Assembly: GCA_964016885.1 (NCBI GenBank)
Contig: OZ024746.1
Span: 14,570,001-14,634,000, forward strand
Direction: 5' to 3'
DNA length: 64,000 nt
Source of the DNA: Eledone cirrhosa
Taxonomy: Eukaryota
Part shown: piece after piece, positions 26,846 to 41,917 of the stretch
Layout: each line of letters begins with the position of its first letter
How positions within the stretch are numbered: position 1 is the stretch's first letter
The notes under the pieces: generated by a model
The model's database searches: none
What the model saw: only the letters and a program-made list of their open reading frames with translations
What the model was told of the DNA's origin: nothing
Program-made: the position numbers and the translations under genes

Positions 26846-28837
26846 TATTATTATTGTTGTTGTTGTTGTTGTTATAAATCAGTCTAAATATTTTCATTCT
26901 ATTCTTTAGAAACAGAATTTTGAGTGTCAACAAAATGTACTTCCTTTTCAGCCATTTTTTTCTCAATATGACTAATTTTTACCCATTCAATACATTTTTA
27001 TTCTTTTTTAACCTAGAAGCTCAGCCCATTAACAGAATGGGAAGTTACTCATTTTCTACTGGTATGGGCCCACACTGTTTTATATTCTAATTAATTAACT
27101 GAAAAAAAAGAGCTTTTTCCCCAAAGAAGACATGCAAATTTTACTGTTTTGTTGTTGTTTATTACTAATGTTTTTGTTTCTTTCTTCTTGTTATTATAGT
27201 TGTTTATTAAACAGTTGTACGATGTTATAACTGAATAAATGTAATTCATGGCCCCAGCTTTGACATTCCAGGCCTTCCCTGTATCGTTAATAACATATAA
27301 TTTCATATCTCTTTGCTTCTATTTATAGTGTCTTCGTTTTATTCTTAGTATCTTTATATAGCCATCGGAGATACACACACTTCGATCAACGCTGCTTTCC
27401 ATATAACAATTATCAATTTCCACCATTTTTGCGTGACTGAACATTAATCTATTTGGATCTATTTATGAAATGAGTTGTAAATTAGTTTGACGAAACAAAC
27501 ACAATGTGATGCTTTATCGCTCTTTGTATCTATCAAATATCTAAAACGTTCTTGAATCTACCATGTATATATTATTGCACAGCCGTTCCAAAATTCTGAT
27601 TAACTTAACAACTGTGAATATGGTTTGCTGAATGAAACCAAAATTGAATATTTAAAGTAAAATTTATGATTATTTCCCATTTTGTAGAAGTAAAGCTTTT
27701 CAATCATCAATCAAAGAAAAACTGATCTACTATAAATATATACTATTTATTTCCCATCATTTTCCATTGGCATACTTAATAATCAGTTTTTGCATAGAAA
27801 TGATCATACTGGTCATTGACTTGTTCGATCTTGTGGGAAGAACAGCAACTTCAATAATTAAATCCATGAAACGATGGTTGAATCTAAATGTATATATAAT
27901 CGAAGCATACTTCTGAGTATACATATTTCTATTTTCATATTTTGTCAGTAAATGGCTTTTTGACCTTATATATTCTAACAGAAATCATTTAATCGGAGAA
28001 TATTTAATCTTCTTCTTAAATTGTTTACACGCAAAGGTTAGTGCCAAATATATATCATGTAGCAAACTAAAAGCTAATAAATCAAAAGCTACTAAAATGT
28101 ACAGAAAATATATCTAATGTTTTGAATAAGTTATGAGAATATTTGTTTTGATGTGGACCACTATACACCTAGATTAAGAGTAGTTATAAACTCTAGAAAG
28201 AATAATTGTAATAGAGAAATAGAAGGATAATTATATTTATAGTATTATAGATTATTAAGAGTCAATATCACAGACATAGATACAAATTAATCTCTAATAA
28301 CGAAAGATTATTTATTACGTACTCAGACTGTTAACCAATTAAGCACAAGTATGTAGCTGGACCCCACACCTTCAAATCATTTTTCAGGTATTTATTTGAT
28401 GGGATGATTTATAGTTCAATACACATCTGATGCGTACAATATCTGATACGCCACGTCTTCTATTATTCAGAATGTTCCACATTGGAAATAATACCGATGT
28501 TGCTTTTGTTCTGCCTAAAAAGTTAAATCAATCATGAAACTTGGTATTCTCGTCAGATTCATTTCATGCAATTTACGTTTTAGTCTCAGAACAATTAATA
28601 AAGTTTTATATATGAAAGAAATTATCTTTATGGTATTATAAGTTATTAACAGTAAATATCACTATAGACATTAATTTATCTGTAATATCCGTAATACATT
28701 TTATTGCATATTTAAACTGTTAATCAATTATGTAAAAATCGACAGTCGATCGACTTTCGTCAAATCGGACCGAGGAAACAATGTTTCCATTGGTCTTTCC
28801 AATTTCTAATACTATTTATCGGTCACAACTCCAGGTA

Positions 28838-28961
28838 GATGGAGCAACGTTAAATAAAGTGTCTTGCTCAAGGACATAACGCATCGCCCGGTCCGGGAAT
28901 CGAACTCACAACCTCACGATTGCCAATCCAATTCTCTAACCACTCAGCCAAGCGCCTTCAC
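28838..28961 (-). mobile_element. SINE family B 5' half
   Basis: tggagcaacgttaaataaagtgtcttgctcaagga...gggaatcgaactcacaacc...gcgccttcac. Confidence 0.8.
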
Positions 28962-31900
28962 AAATATGCATCTGAAATACAAGGGAGGAAAGTGAATAAA
29001 TTAAATTAAAAAATAAAGCATTCAATTTTTTTAAATGCTTCAATTTGAGGAAACCAACGGATCAAGGATTTTATCAAATAAAATAAACTTTGTGATTTCT
29101 ACATGTGCGATAATAGCGATTTCAACAGAAAAGTTTCAACATTAATGATTATCTTCTCAATAATTATTGAGAAGATAATTTTATATCTTCATGTTAAATT
29201 TGCGATGCCGGAGAAAGTACGATTTTGGTCTTATGCCTACAGTATTAAGATTTGTCAAAGTATGATATATCATTTAAACTAATACTACATGTATCATTTT
29301 GAGACATATTAGATATTAGATATTTTGTCGTTTATAATTTTATAACGCACGTAATGAAACTCACATCATTAGTTTGGATCACTGTTTTGCTGGCACACTT
29401 TTGTCTCACCAAACATGACATACTATAAATGTATTTTTTTATAATGACATGTCACATAGCCATTAAATAAAACTTATATGGATTCACTTATGGGAATAAA
29501 TATGTGTAGCAAAAATAGGTAACCAGGGTTTAATTATTTAATGTTATACTGAAAATTAGTAAAGTCAAATATAAAATGTTCTAATCTATGACTTCGCAAA
29601 GTACTAAAGTTGGATAACGTACAACTTGAAAGGCATTGTTTTAATTATATGCTACTCAGAAGTGGAAAAGCTATATAACATACATCTGATGATACAGAGA
29701 TGAAATTTCTCACATAAGAAATAATTATAAAGCAGTAATGTGTGGACTAATTATACGAGATTTCAGGAAATCTTTTGTAACTCAGTCAAAATGTTCTACA
29801 TATAATGTACCAATAAGAATTAATTTCCAAACCATTCGTTGTGTCATTTCAGTATCTATATACAATCAATTCACAGGAAAATATTATTACATTATTCTTA
29901 ATATCCTAAATCCTGTGGTTTATAAATTCCTCTATGGAAGGATAGCTCATGTTATGTAGTCCTTAATTGTATGTGAGGTAAATTTCATCGTTGATTCCAG
30001 GATAATTATTCCCATTCAATGTAGATCTAGGCAACCAACGACTTAATATCTAAACCAAATAAACTATAAATCGTATAAATTAAAGAATATTTTATTAATA
30101 ACCTACGTATTTACAACCGAAACGTGTGCAATAAATGAAAAATACATAAACAAAGTTTCACTCAGAAATACCTGGTAGAACCGAGGTTGTAGTTGAGGCC
30201 CAAACGATCGCGAAGTAAATTGAACCCAATCCAACTAGTTATGAAACGAATTTCTTACTACCCAGTCATGTCGTCATGCCTGTGGTTATTTGATATAATA
30301 ATTTGTTTTTACTAATATAATCTTCTAATTATCATCTGACTGGTCTTCAAGAATAATGTAATCAGGTGATAATGTATAGTTTATATCAGAATGAAATATG
30401 GCTATTCTCTATGGGATGCCCTATATTTTTTTTTTCAGTGAACATTTTCAAATGGCGTTCTGTATCATTAAATCAACTAAACCTATAAAATTCTTCAAAC
30501 GTAATACTTAACATTTAAATAAGGGATAAAACCGATACTAAATTTCCTCGACTGATTAACATAAATTTTATTGTATAGTTTTGATACAAACAGTAATGAT
30601 ATACCCTATAGAATTGATTTTGATGTACCGCTACTTAGTTGCAGATAAGGTTGACTCATTCATATTCCTGATATATGTAAAGTATATATCAATTTTTCTA
30701 GTATCAATTATATCTCGTTGTAATTTTCATCATGTGCTTATGAAATCATTATTAGAAGAGTGACGTCGACAAAGAATAATGCTTTGAAATTGCTTTTACA
30801 TAATTCATATGTAGGGTATAATTTTTTAATTTTCCTTATCAGTAGCAAAACATTAATGATGAACTAGTGAAATTGCCGGTAGAACTACTAGTAACAAACG
30901 AACTATATACAATTCAACAAATATAGCCTATGCTTTCGAAAGCAATCATTATGGGTGGAATACGTTGAGTAGATACTGTATTTCCTTTCCTTTCACAAAT
31001 ATATTTCCAACAGAATCTCTCTAAAACTATTAATTCAATACCATCCATCAGTTTTCACTTGCAATCTATTTCTCTGTAGTAAGTATCAGTGACCAAATAA
31101 ATGTGTTTACATATGATTAAATATTTCGAAGGCGTTTAAGAATTAATTGATACTTTATACTATATAATTTGATACTTTATGTTTCTCGTTTCAAATCGAA
31201 TATGGGATATGTAATTGTATATATGGATATAATTAGATTTTTAACATTAAAAGAATTTACATTTCGATTCCAAAAGCCTTGAGAAGAGAAAGCGTTTCTA
31301 ACATTCGCAAATAATTTTATACATTAATTTTAAATGAATAAACCTATGATCAAAAGTATTTCAACTGTAACTATTTCGTCAATTTTTATGACATATATTA
31401 TGGAAATATTTATATTTCAAAAATATGTTATGCAATGTGTTCCCTTCTTTTTAAGTTGGTAAGGTATGATTTGATAAAGAACTGGGCGCTATTTATTAGC
31501 ATGTCGACCGATTACGTAAAGGCTTCCTCCTGTTCATATGTAATGCCTATTTTTATTAGTTGCAGTGGGACTCGAACAATAACCAGGTTGCAAACAATGC
31601 GACGATAATGTTGACATCAATACAAAAATATATTATAAATATAAAGTGAATAAAGTTTTTGTGTGCCTTTGGATGGTTAAGATCTCTCAGATTAAGCCAT
31701 TTGCCAACTCTGAAGTTTTATTAGAATGTTTTTGTAATGTTTAAGTGTTCATAAATGTATTTTCCAGTAACCTTTGTCTTACTACATAACAACTTGTATG
31801 ACGTTTCATATCATATCTGGTTCAACCACATTTTAGTCTCTATTTCATTGTACTTCTCGCAAATATATTGCCATGTAATAGTTTGTGATTTTCTCTAGTG

Positions 31901-34041
31901 GATATCACATTGATTATAAAGTTTATATATTATATCTGATCAAAAAGTGTTTACTTTCCATGACTTGATGCCAAATTTGTCAATGTCTACGTATAGCAAT
32001 CTGTATTGCTATCTTTGCTTCTGGTTGTCTAGCTTCACAGGATATCTTCCTATTCTTAATAGGTCTGGTGACGGTAATTCTCTACAATATTGTAGTCTTT
32101 ATTTGTGAATTTATGTATGGTGGTTATATTTAGCATAGAAGAGGTTATCAGTGACAGTCTATATTTTTCTTCTTTCCATATACAAACGAATTATTCGAGA
32201 GTTGAATAATTCATAACATGGACATATTAAATGATTTGTAATATGGGTGCTTCTAAGAACTTTCGACTTCCACGCTTAAAACCCACTGAAAGATTTTACA
32301 ATCACCGTGTACTTATTAAAACTTTATGTTATTGGCGGCAATATACATTGCCGAGTAGATTATTCTACGGCTATCATATATAAACATTTAATAATAAGTG
32401 GTTGAAACAGCAACCCACCAAACGGTACAGACAATACTTCAGTCATTTCCCTCAAACAGCATATATAAGAACTGTTCCAACGAAATAGTTTACCAATTCC
32501 TTTACTAAGAATGAACTCATACTGTACCAAATATGATAATGGGAACGAAAGGTAAACGAAAGCTACCCATTCATTTTTACCTTGGGATATTTGTTTTGCC
32601 ACCAGCATGGATTTTACATTTATTGAAGAACTTGTTTCTTCTCTTACACACCACGAACTCAATACTGTTTTGACATTTGGAAAGCCTTCCATTATGTTGG
32701 TCTTGGAATCTAATATCAGACCTATCAACCAGTAAGCAAAATCAGGATCTATAATTTACTAATCACTAAGATCAAGGGATTCTTTAGAGTTCAACTTAGA
32801 TGAATGGCTGACTTAGAGTTCAACTCTAAAGCAGTGCTATGATGTTTTTTGCTCCCATTCTGTTAATAAAGGTAACATGCAGTAATTAGTCATAATCCCG
32901 TCTTTATTCTTACACTATTTTATCTATGCGATCGTCCTACTTCATATTCCATGTATTAATTCTTCAGAAAATGGCCTTAACATTTACCGCCAGTTATGCA
33001 TGTATCTCATTCTAAGACATACATGTCGGGTAAACAACCTTAAAAACTGAACAGATTCTTTAAAAACATTCCAAGATAAGAAACTTGGCAACTTTTCCAG
33101 AAACCACAAATATCGACAATACCCATTACATCTAAACAAAACACATCAATTCGAAACAGTTCAGTATTATTCCTATTAAAGCGAACATTTGATAACACTG
33201 TAAACATCACAAGTAAAGGTAACGCCAAAGTAATGATCAGATATTCAAAATAAGAGATAATTCGTACATACACTTTAATCAGAAGACTATTGGAAAGAAT
33301 TACAAGCAACATACAAATACTTATCCACTGTTGTGTTATGACCTCACTTCGTCTTTTCAGCTCTATCTCTGTTCCAAAGAGTTCCAAAGACAGTATATCA
33401 CCTTAAACTAAAGACAACCCCCTCCTCCCCCGCCGCCGTGTTTTATCTTAACTTCGTTTAAGTCCATTCTATATAGCTGCTGGAACATTTTATCTCTTTT
33501 ATCGTTCTTATGCTTTGTCTGTCATTTCCTAGAAATTTTATATTTTTTCGAGACAATATTAAAGAATGTTTGTTAATGATAAAATGTTGCTTTTTCTGCT
33601 GATTATTAATACAGGTTCAAATATAATTTATCACGTCATGGAAGTTGGCCTTTTCCTCAAATCACCTCAGTTTCTCAATGTTATTATTAATTCAAGTTTA
33701 ATGATGTCGTCGTATATTCCCTTCAAAGAGCTACTGAAATGGTGTGCACAAGTAAGACATCTATAACTGATATAGCACGCCTGCAATCAAATTCTATAAA
33801 TCTATAATAGATTTATTGGTATATACCAGATGCAAATACTATATTTTTGATTATTATCAAATAAAATTATCTGCAATCTCAGTAAATATTTTATCTGTAA
33901 TCTCTGTAATTATTTGTATATTTCATAGTCTCTAAAACGAAATAACTAATCTCTAATTGCATGGAATAGTCTGATTCTTTGTACTCAATGTTCTGACGCT
34001 TGATTTTTTCATCTCGCTTACAATCTTTTTTCCAGTTTTCA

Positions 34042-34160
34042 GATTTTCTTATTTTTCTCAATCATTTTCTCTTATTTTTCTCAGTAATTTTCTTATTTTT
34101 CTCAGTCATTCTCTCTTATTTTTCTCGGTAATTTTCTTATTTTTCTCAGTCATTTTCTCT
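34042..34160. repeat. ~21-23-bp minisatellite (ttttcttatttttctcagt(c/a)a), about 5-6 units
   Basis: Directly visible tandem units. Confidence 0.85.
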
Positions 34161-34400
34161 CCTCTCACTCTTTTTTTTTTCTCCTGAGAACAGATTATGG
34201 TCCATCTAATTTTCATCTATTTGTTTCTATCTTTGTCAAAAACAACAGGGATCGATAGATAACATTTTTCAATAGAGGTTTTATCCCACCACTATCTTAG
34301 AATTAAAAATATTCCTCGTTCTTATGATTATTGTTTTCATCTGTCTAGTTCTATGTTCTATATAATGAACTATGAGAGACTTGAATTATTATGTATGAGT

Positions 34401-34591
34401 TATAATGGCAGTGGATTGGCAGTATCGGTAGAGGGTCAGATGCCATGCTTTGACGCATAGAGTTACGGCCCTTGCCATTCTGAGTTCAAATCTCGCCGAG
34501 GTTAACTTTGCCTTTCATCCTTACGGGTCGATAAAATAAAGTACCAGTAATACACTGGGTAATTGTTGGCCTTGTGCCAAAAAGTAGAAAC
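34401..34591 (+). mobile_element. Full-length SINE family A with 17-bp TSD
   Basis: ggcagtggattggcagtatcggtagagg...gagttcaaatc...gcctttcatcc; TSD aattattatgtatgagt at 34384-34400 and 34592-34608. Confidence 0.92.
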
Positions 34592-34820
34592 AATTATTAT
34601 GTATGAGTAAACATGAATATGACAGGTATACCTATAAAAGTATTCCCTGTCATATGTTTATTCGGATTACAGAATTTCACACTTACAGAATTGTAAAATA
34701 TGACCATCACTAATTTCAGGTTACAGTCAGTGATTTCGCCCTTTTGAAAAGTCTGGATTTTTTTAAATTTACAAAAAGCAATTTCTTTTTATTTAAAAAG
34801 CCATTTAGCTCAGATAAAAG

Positions 34821-34856
<36 letters not shown>

Positions 34857-34859
<3 letters not shown>

Positions 34860-34961
34860 CTGCCCGCCCAGCCAGTGGGATGGCGTTATCTTATGGCTAA
34901 AACAGCACGACGTGCTGTGACCAGCGGCGCCGATTGGCGCCTGACAGACTGAGCTGTCAAG

Positions 34962-34965
<4 letters not shown>
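34857..34965 (+). mobile_element. SINE family B tail alone, inside (TA)n
   Basis: Reverse-complement match to 18144-18252. Confidence 0.8.
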
Positions 34966-35053
<88 letters not shown>

Positions 35054-35569
35054 ATATATATATATATATATATATATGCGTGTATGTGGGTGGGTGAGCG
35101 TATGTGTGTGTTTATAAGCTCTTTAAATGGAACATGCGGAAAGAAAACTCGGATTAAACCAAGGAAAACATAGACCGAAGTTAAACTCCTATCTATATGG
35201 ATACCCCCTACTAACACTTCTTGTACAACAATTTACATTGAGCCGAAAAGATACTGGTAAGATCTCAATATTTCTGTTTACGTAAATATTCACACATCTG
35301 CTGTTATTGACTTATCATCACCACTACATGACCTGAACCAACATCATGCCCTTAAACTCTATTCTCCATTTTGATTTTCATTTATTTTCCAATAAATCTG
35401 ATGAGATATATGTGTTTACTTCTTGAGAACGCTGAGAACGCCGAGAACGCTGGTAATGCGGAGATGAATCAAACACTTAATATTAATTCTCAGTTCCACA
35501 TTATGTGTTTATTGCTCTTTTCTTTGGTTTGTATCTACACCTATATTTATACATACACACATGCATACG

Positions 35570-38500
35570 CGATCAGTCGCATATTTGGGCGTGGGAGACT
35601 ATTTATTAAATTTAAGATGAATACGATCTCCAACAGTAATGCCACAACTACAGTCATGTTGAATAACTGGTTATTCTTCTAACTATATCTTCTGACGACA
35701 CCTTTTATTCGAATTCGTAGAGATATTCGACTAAATACATAATTCATTTTACAAGGATTTGCTACAAACAGCATGGTTGAACACAACATCAACAACAAAA
35801 TTAAGGAAGTATCGAAAACAAACAACAAGAAAGGTAAACAAACTTTATTCAGTTGTAGCTACAGAAGAAACCGAATTTATAAATCGCCTTTCTTTTGGAG
35901 TTGCGAACTTAATGATGATTTATTTAATTGTTATAAAATAGCAAAAAACAATCCCTCCATTGGCTATATGAACAGAATGAAGCTACACTGGGACGAAATG
36001 CACCCAGAGCTAAATTATTTCACAGCGAAACAATTACGCCAACAAGCGACGTTTGTTGAACGTAAAAATAAGATAAATATTATTAATTATAAGTCCCCCA
36101 CAACAAACATTGGATCAACAACACGTGCTACAGGTCGCCATGCTACTAGCCTTCCTAGCAGCCAGGTCGAACAGTGCCTTGAAACAACTATGCCTGTAAG
36201 AAACTTGACACCACGTGTACCATCTAAGTCTACCTCGAATTCTGGGGAAAACACTATCGATAATAATAATAATCGAAGAAATAATAATAATAATAATCGA
36301 AGAAATTTGACACCACGTGTACCATCCGAGTCTACCTCGACTGTTGTGGAAAATACTATCGATAATGATAATAATCAAAAGTATAAACAATTGAAAATTT
36401 CCCTCGACGAAATCTTCCAGAGAGAAATTAATTCATGTATAAATATCTCTGTTGCTGAACATATTAAAACGACAATATTTAATAAAAATTTAAAAAAATA
36501 ATAATAATAATAAATAATTGTTTCTACGTTAGGCACAAGGCCAGCAATTACCCAATATTACGTGTTATTGACGAAATCGGGGATGAATATTTACGACGGA
36601 TAAAAACCCCAACATTTTGGCAAATCAACGCTTGTTTATATGCCTTAGCAACGACAGTGAAGCATTATCTTGGTGATAGCAGAGATATTAACAAGAACAA
36701 AAAACCACCAGAAATACGATCATATATAACTAAAATAGAAAAAATGATTGCTGACCTACGAAAAACCAGACAATGCTCCTTACATGCAAACAAACACAAA
36801 AAAAAACCTCACTCCTCACCAACAAAGAGTGATAAATAAAATAGAGACGATGTTTGGTAACAGTAGAACCAGAACTCTTCAATATAAGCTGATCACCCTC
36901 AGACAAGAATTGAGAGCTGTTAGCGAAAAACGCTGATACCTGAAGAAGGTAGATGAGAGAAAAGTGCTTAATAAAAGATTCAGACGAAACCAAACATCAG
37001 TCTATAGAGATATGAAGAACAAAATAATAAGTGTCCCAGAAAGTCATAGATTCCTTTTGGACAAAAATATGGAGTGAAAAGAAGAATTTCAACCAAGATG
37101 CAGTGTGGTTAAAAGAAATCCGAAAGAACTATTGCTCCTACACTACAACAAAAACATACGAAATAAGTGAGGGTACCATTGAGACTGTGATAGAAAAACT
37201 CCAAGATAAGAAAACACCAGGAAGAGACTTGATTGTCGGCTACTGGTACAAAAACCTGATATTCTATCGGAGGTATCTTAATGACCAACAAGTTCTTAAG
37301 GGAGATACACTTATACCAGAATGGTTGTCATTAGCACAAACATTACTGGTCCCCAAGAACTAAGACACCAACTTGGCAAAAAGCTACCGGCCCATTGCAT
37401 GCCAGAACCTGATGTATAAGATGTATACAGCCTGCCTGAACCTATTCCTCCAAGATCACTGTGAAAATAATAACATCATCACAGATGAACAAGCAGCTGG
37501 AAAGAAAGGGGTTTGGGGATGTGCTGAACAATTCCTAATCAACAAAACTGCGATGTCGGAGGTGTGACAACTTAGGAGGAATATGGCTACAGTCTGGTGG
37601 GACTGCAGGAACGCTTTCGATTCTGTTCCCCACTCTTGGATGATAGAGGCCCTCCAACTTGCTAAAGTCCCAGACATTATTGTCAGAGCCATAGAGAAGC
37701 TGTCTTCTTCTTGGGCTACTATCCTAAGGTTAAAGACAGAGAGGGAGGACTCTATTTTCACTGATAAAATAAAATATTGCAGGGGTATATTTCAGGGAGA
37801 CAGTCTCTCTGTGATATTATTCATCTTGTCATTAAACCCCTTGTCCTTTCTGCTCAAGAAATGTGAGGGATACATCATTGGCTCACAGGAGGACAGAAAT
37901 ACGAACCTAACCCATAATTTCTTTGTTGACGATCTGAAACTTTATGCCAAGAACATGGATGGGATGAAGAAAAATCTTGACCTGGTTACAACGTTCTCAA
38001 AGGATATAGGAATGGAGTTTGGCCAAGATAAATGCTCATACATGACTGTAAAGCGGGGAAAAACAACAACCCAATCTAGCAACATTGTCATCAATGGCCT
38101 AACTGATGAGGACTGCTACAGTTACCTGGGGATAGATAAGAACATTTCCTATAATGGTATCTGTAATAAGGAACGCGTAACCAGGGAATACTACACCCGA
38201 TTAAGAAAGATTTGGTCATTGGAACTCTCTGCGCAAAACAAAACAGTGGCTCACAATGTGTTTGCTGTGCTTGTCCTAACATCAACGTTTGGAACGATAG
38301 ACGAAATCCGAGCAGTTGATGTTGGAAGTCGAAAAATACTAAACAACACCGGAAACTTCCACATCAACAGTGACATAGACCGCCTTTATTTGAAACGTAA
38401 GCAGGGAGGCAGAGGCCTAACATCAGTCCAGACAGCATTTGAATGTCGCATCATATCCCTCTGACATCTACAAACCTCGAAGCGTAGGAGCCAGTCTCTC

Positions 38501-39660
38501 GGGCATGAAACAGATAAGATCATGAGAGTTGGGAAGGAGCACCTCGAGAGATATTACCTGTGTGATAATCAAAAACTCACACCTAGGGAAGTCGCTCAGC
38601 AGTATCGCAGTGAATCCATGGATGAAAAACTGCATGCTTATCAGCAAAAAATCATGCATGGATATGTTGCCAGGAAGCTCCAGAGTGAGATTAATATAGA
38701 TAAGGAAAGTAGTCTATCTTGGACCAACAACCGCTATATTGGCTCCCACTTTGAAGGATACGCTTTTGCAATTCAAGAACAGGAGATTAACATGAAATAC
38801 CTGATTCACAAAAGAGATAGGGATGCAGGCAAAACACCTAGATGTGATAACAAGTGCAGACTCTGTAGAACTAACATCGCGGATATCAGCCATGTCATCA
38901 GCAGCTGTCCACAGATGTCATCGCGGTACTATCTATCTATGAGGCATGATGTAGTGGCCAAAACACTGTACAATGTAGTCCGTAAAAAAGATAGCTCCGA
39001 TAATAAACACATTAAAAGCTACAGCAATGTGGAAGACATCCACGTACATAATATGAAAGAGTACTGGTGGAATGTTCCAGTAAAAACGCCAATAAAATGC
39101 AGGCATAACAGACCAGATATTATGATATGAGACAGGGAGAAGAAAGCATGCCCAGCAGATGCCAATATAATATCAAAGATTAGCGAAAAGGAGAATATTT
39201 ATGCAGAACTGATGAGAAATCTGCAGATACTCCACCCTGATTACACCTTCAGATGTATGCCTGTGATTATTGGGGCACTGTGGTATGTTAGTAACTGCCC
39301 CAATTCAAATCTTGAGAAGCTAGGCTTCACAGTAACAGAAAAAAACACAACTAGTTAGGAAATTACAAGTACAATCCATTAATGGAACAGTAAAAATATG
39401 TAAAACATTCCAAAAATGTTGCATCTAATAACTGTATATACACATGTACAGATACAATGCATATACTAATGCCCACATACAACTCAAAACATACACATCC
39501 ACACATACAATAACCTCCATATCTACACAAGCATGCATACATACATATCTACCTAGTTGATGTTGTGTAAATTCCAATGAGAGAGTCTTGTGTCTATGTT
39601 AGAAACCGACTCTCTCTCTATTGGGAAAAAATTTGTGAAATTATAAAACCAGAAGAACAT
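35570..39660 (+). mobile_element. Near-full-length decayed R4/Dong-type (RLE) non-LTR retrotransposon
   Basis: RT motifs YRPIAC, AFDSVPH, GIFQGDSLS, FFVDDLKLY, FGQDKC, YSYLGI. CCHC knuckle CRLC..ISHVISSC, RHDVV, and RLE motif HNRPDI. Multiple stops and frameshifts. Ends in (TACA)/(TA)n. The 5' limit is approximate. Confidence 0.9.
36514..36556 (-). mobile_element. SINE family A tail inserted into the R4/Dong ORF
   Basis: ataattgtttctacgttaggcacaaggccagcaattaccca after an (AAT)n run; the ORF 35773-36501 terminates immediately upstream. Confidence 0.75.
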
Positions 39661-39785
39661 ACATGATGTACGTACGTACATACATATATATACATACATA
39701 CGTACGTACATACATATATATATATACATATATACATACATACATATATATACATATATACATACATATATATACATACATACAT

Positions 39786-40465
<680 letters not shown>

Positions 40466-40469
40466 TATA

Positions 40470-41053
40470 TTTTGAGAATAAACTCTCAGTCATTTACAAT
40501 AATTAAGCTCCAGGAAGGGTCTCTTCCGAGCAGTTAATACATTTAAAGTGTACGATAAACACGAAATGTGTTTACATTGCAACAGACAAAGTTAGCTATT
40601 AATGAAATAAACTAATAAAAGTGAATACAATTTGTCTGTCTCGATATAAGTCAATAAAGACAATATTATATTGGCAACAGCCATGATTCCTGGACATATT
40701 TAAATTTCAAAATTCAAACCTGTTCTGTAGACGAATTTGAACCTCGAAACCCAAATAAGTTTCGCAACGGTGGAATGTGAATTGAAAAATAAAGAGAATC
40801 GAAATGGAATAGAAATAAAAGAGTGAAATACCCAAATCTTCTGTGCTTATCAACAGGAATCCAGTAAGATTAGTTTATCACACATCAAAAATTTTGCTGG
40901 ACTGACTACACGTGGGTAGGCAGGCCAATATAATATTGTCTTTATTGACTTATATCGAGACAGACAAATTGTATTCACTTTTATTAGTTTATTTCATTAA
41001 TAGCTAACTTTGTCTGTTGCAATGTAAACACATTTCGTGTTTATCGTACACTT

Positions 41054-41058
<5 letters not shown>
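40470..41058 (-). mobile_element. Fold-back element in (TA)n with no clear hammerhead
   Basis: 135-bp inverted arms 40541-40675/40924-41058, a 248-bp spacer, and a ~70-nt one-sided extension. Strand is inferred from the position of the extension. Confidence 0.75.
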
Positions 41059-41121
<63 letters not shown>

Positions 41122-41125
<4 letters not shown>

Positions 41126-41640
41126 TAATGAAATGACAGGAGGCTGGACTTGTGTAAATCCTTGAAAGGTTTATTATACTATGATCATTTCAATGACCGG
41201 GTTCCGTATGAATCCGGTGATATCATCAGGTATTCGAAATATAATAAGTGAATGTAATAGATAAAATCCATGGGGCTGAAAATCAAAGACCTGAGGGCGA
41301 CCTTGAGATGCTGGATGGCGGTCGTCCTCAGGTCTTTGATTTTCAGCCCCATGGATTTTATCTATTACATTCACTTATTATATTTCGAATACCTGATGAT
41401 ATCACCGGATTCATACGGAACCCGGTCATTGAAATGATCATAGTATAATAAACCTTTCAAGGATTTACACAAGTCCAGCCTCCTGTCATTTCATTATAAT
41501 ATTTAACTCCGTACTAGCACCACCAACTACAAAAACAAAGACGGTTGAACTGCTTTACGTTGAGTACTCTCCATATTATTACATTAAGATTGACCATACG
41601 GAATTGACCAGCTCTATCCAGTGGTGAACCTCAAACCTGA
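41122..41640 (+). mobile_element. Fold-back hammerhead element, family 3
   Basis: 181-bp arms 41122-41302/41320-41500 (1 mismatch seen) with a 17-nt loop; 140-nt tail; (TA)n on both sides. Confidence 0.9.
41389..41446 (+). ncRNA. Minimal type-I hammerhead ribozyme (mirror on - strand at 41176-41233)
   Basis: atac-CTGATGA(41393-99)-..accgg..ccggt..-GAAA(41431-34)-tgatca-TA-gtat. Stem III is the palindrome atgatcat; the base of stem II is imperfect. Confidence 0.8.
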
Positions 41641-41661
41641 ATATATATATATATATATATA

Positions 41662-41815
41662 TGAAAATGTTTAACCCCGACGGCAGGGCTCAAGCCGTTT
41701 CGACTGCTATTTCTTGACTCCAGAAACATTTTCCTATTACCTACTCTACTACCCTAAGTATTGAGTATTCTGGTGCGTTATGGTCCATCTGGTTCCTTAC
41801 CACACTTCCTTCGTT
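41662..41815 (+). mobile_element. Family-4 element: inverted hammerhead 3'-half (41662-41711) joined to sense tail (41720-41815)
   Basis: Both parts match the collinear copy at 60646-60782, but here they lie in opposite relative orientation. Confidence 0.8.
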
Positions 41816-41884
41816 ATACATACATACATACATACATACATACATACATACATACATACATACATACATACATACATACATACA

Positions 41885-41917
<33 letters not shown>

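Noticed and set aside
32360-33387. 122-aa and 115-aa minus-strand ORFs
   Set aside because: No recognisable domain; non-ATG starts; consistent with chance or decayed repeat.
34407-34500. tRNA gene
   Set aside because: A/B-box-like head belongs to a SINE, runs into the SINE core, and is bounded by a TSD; no cloverleaf.
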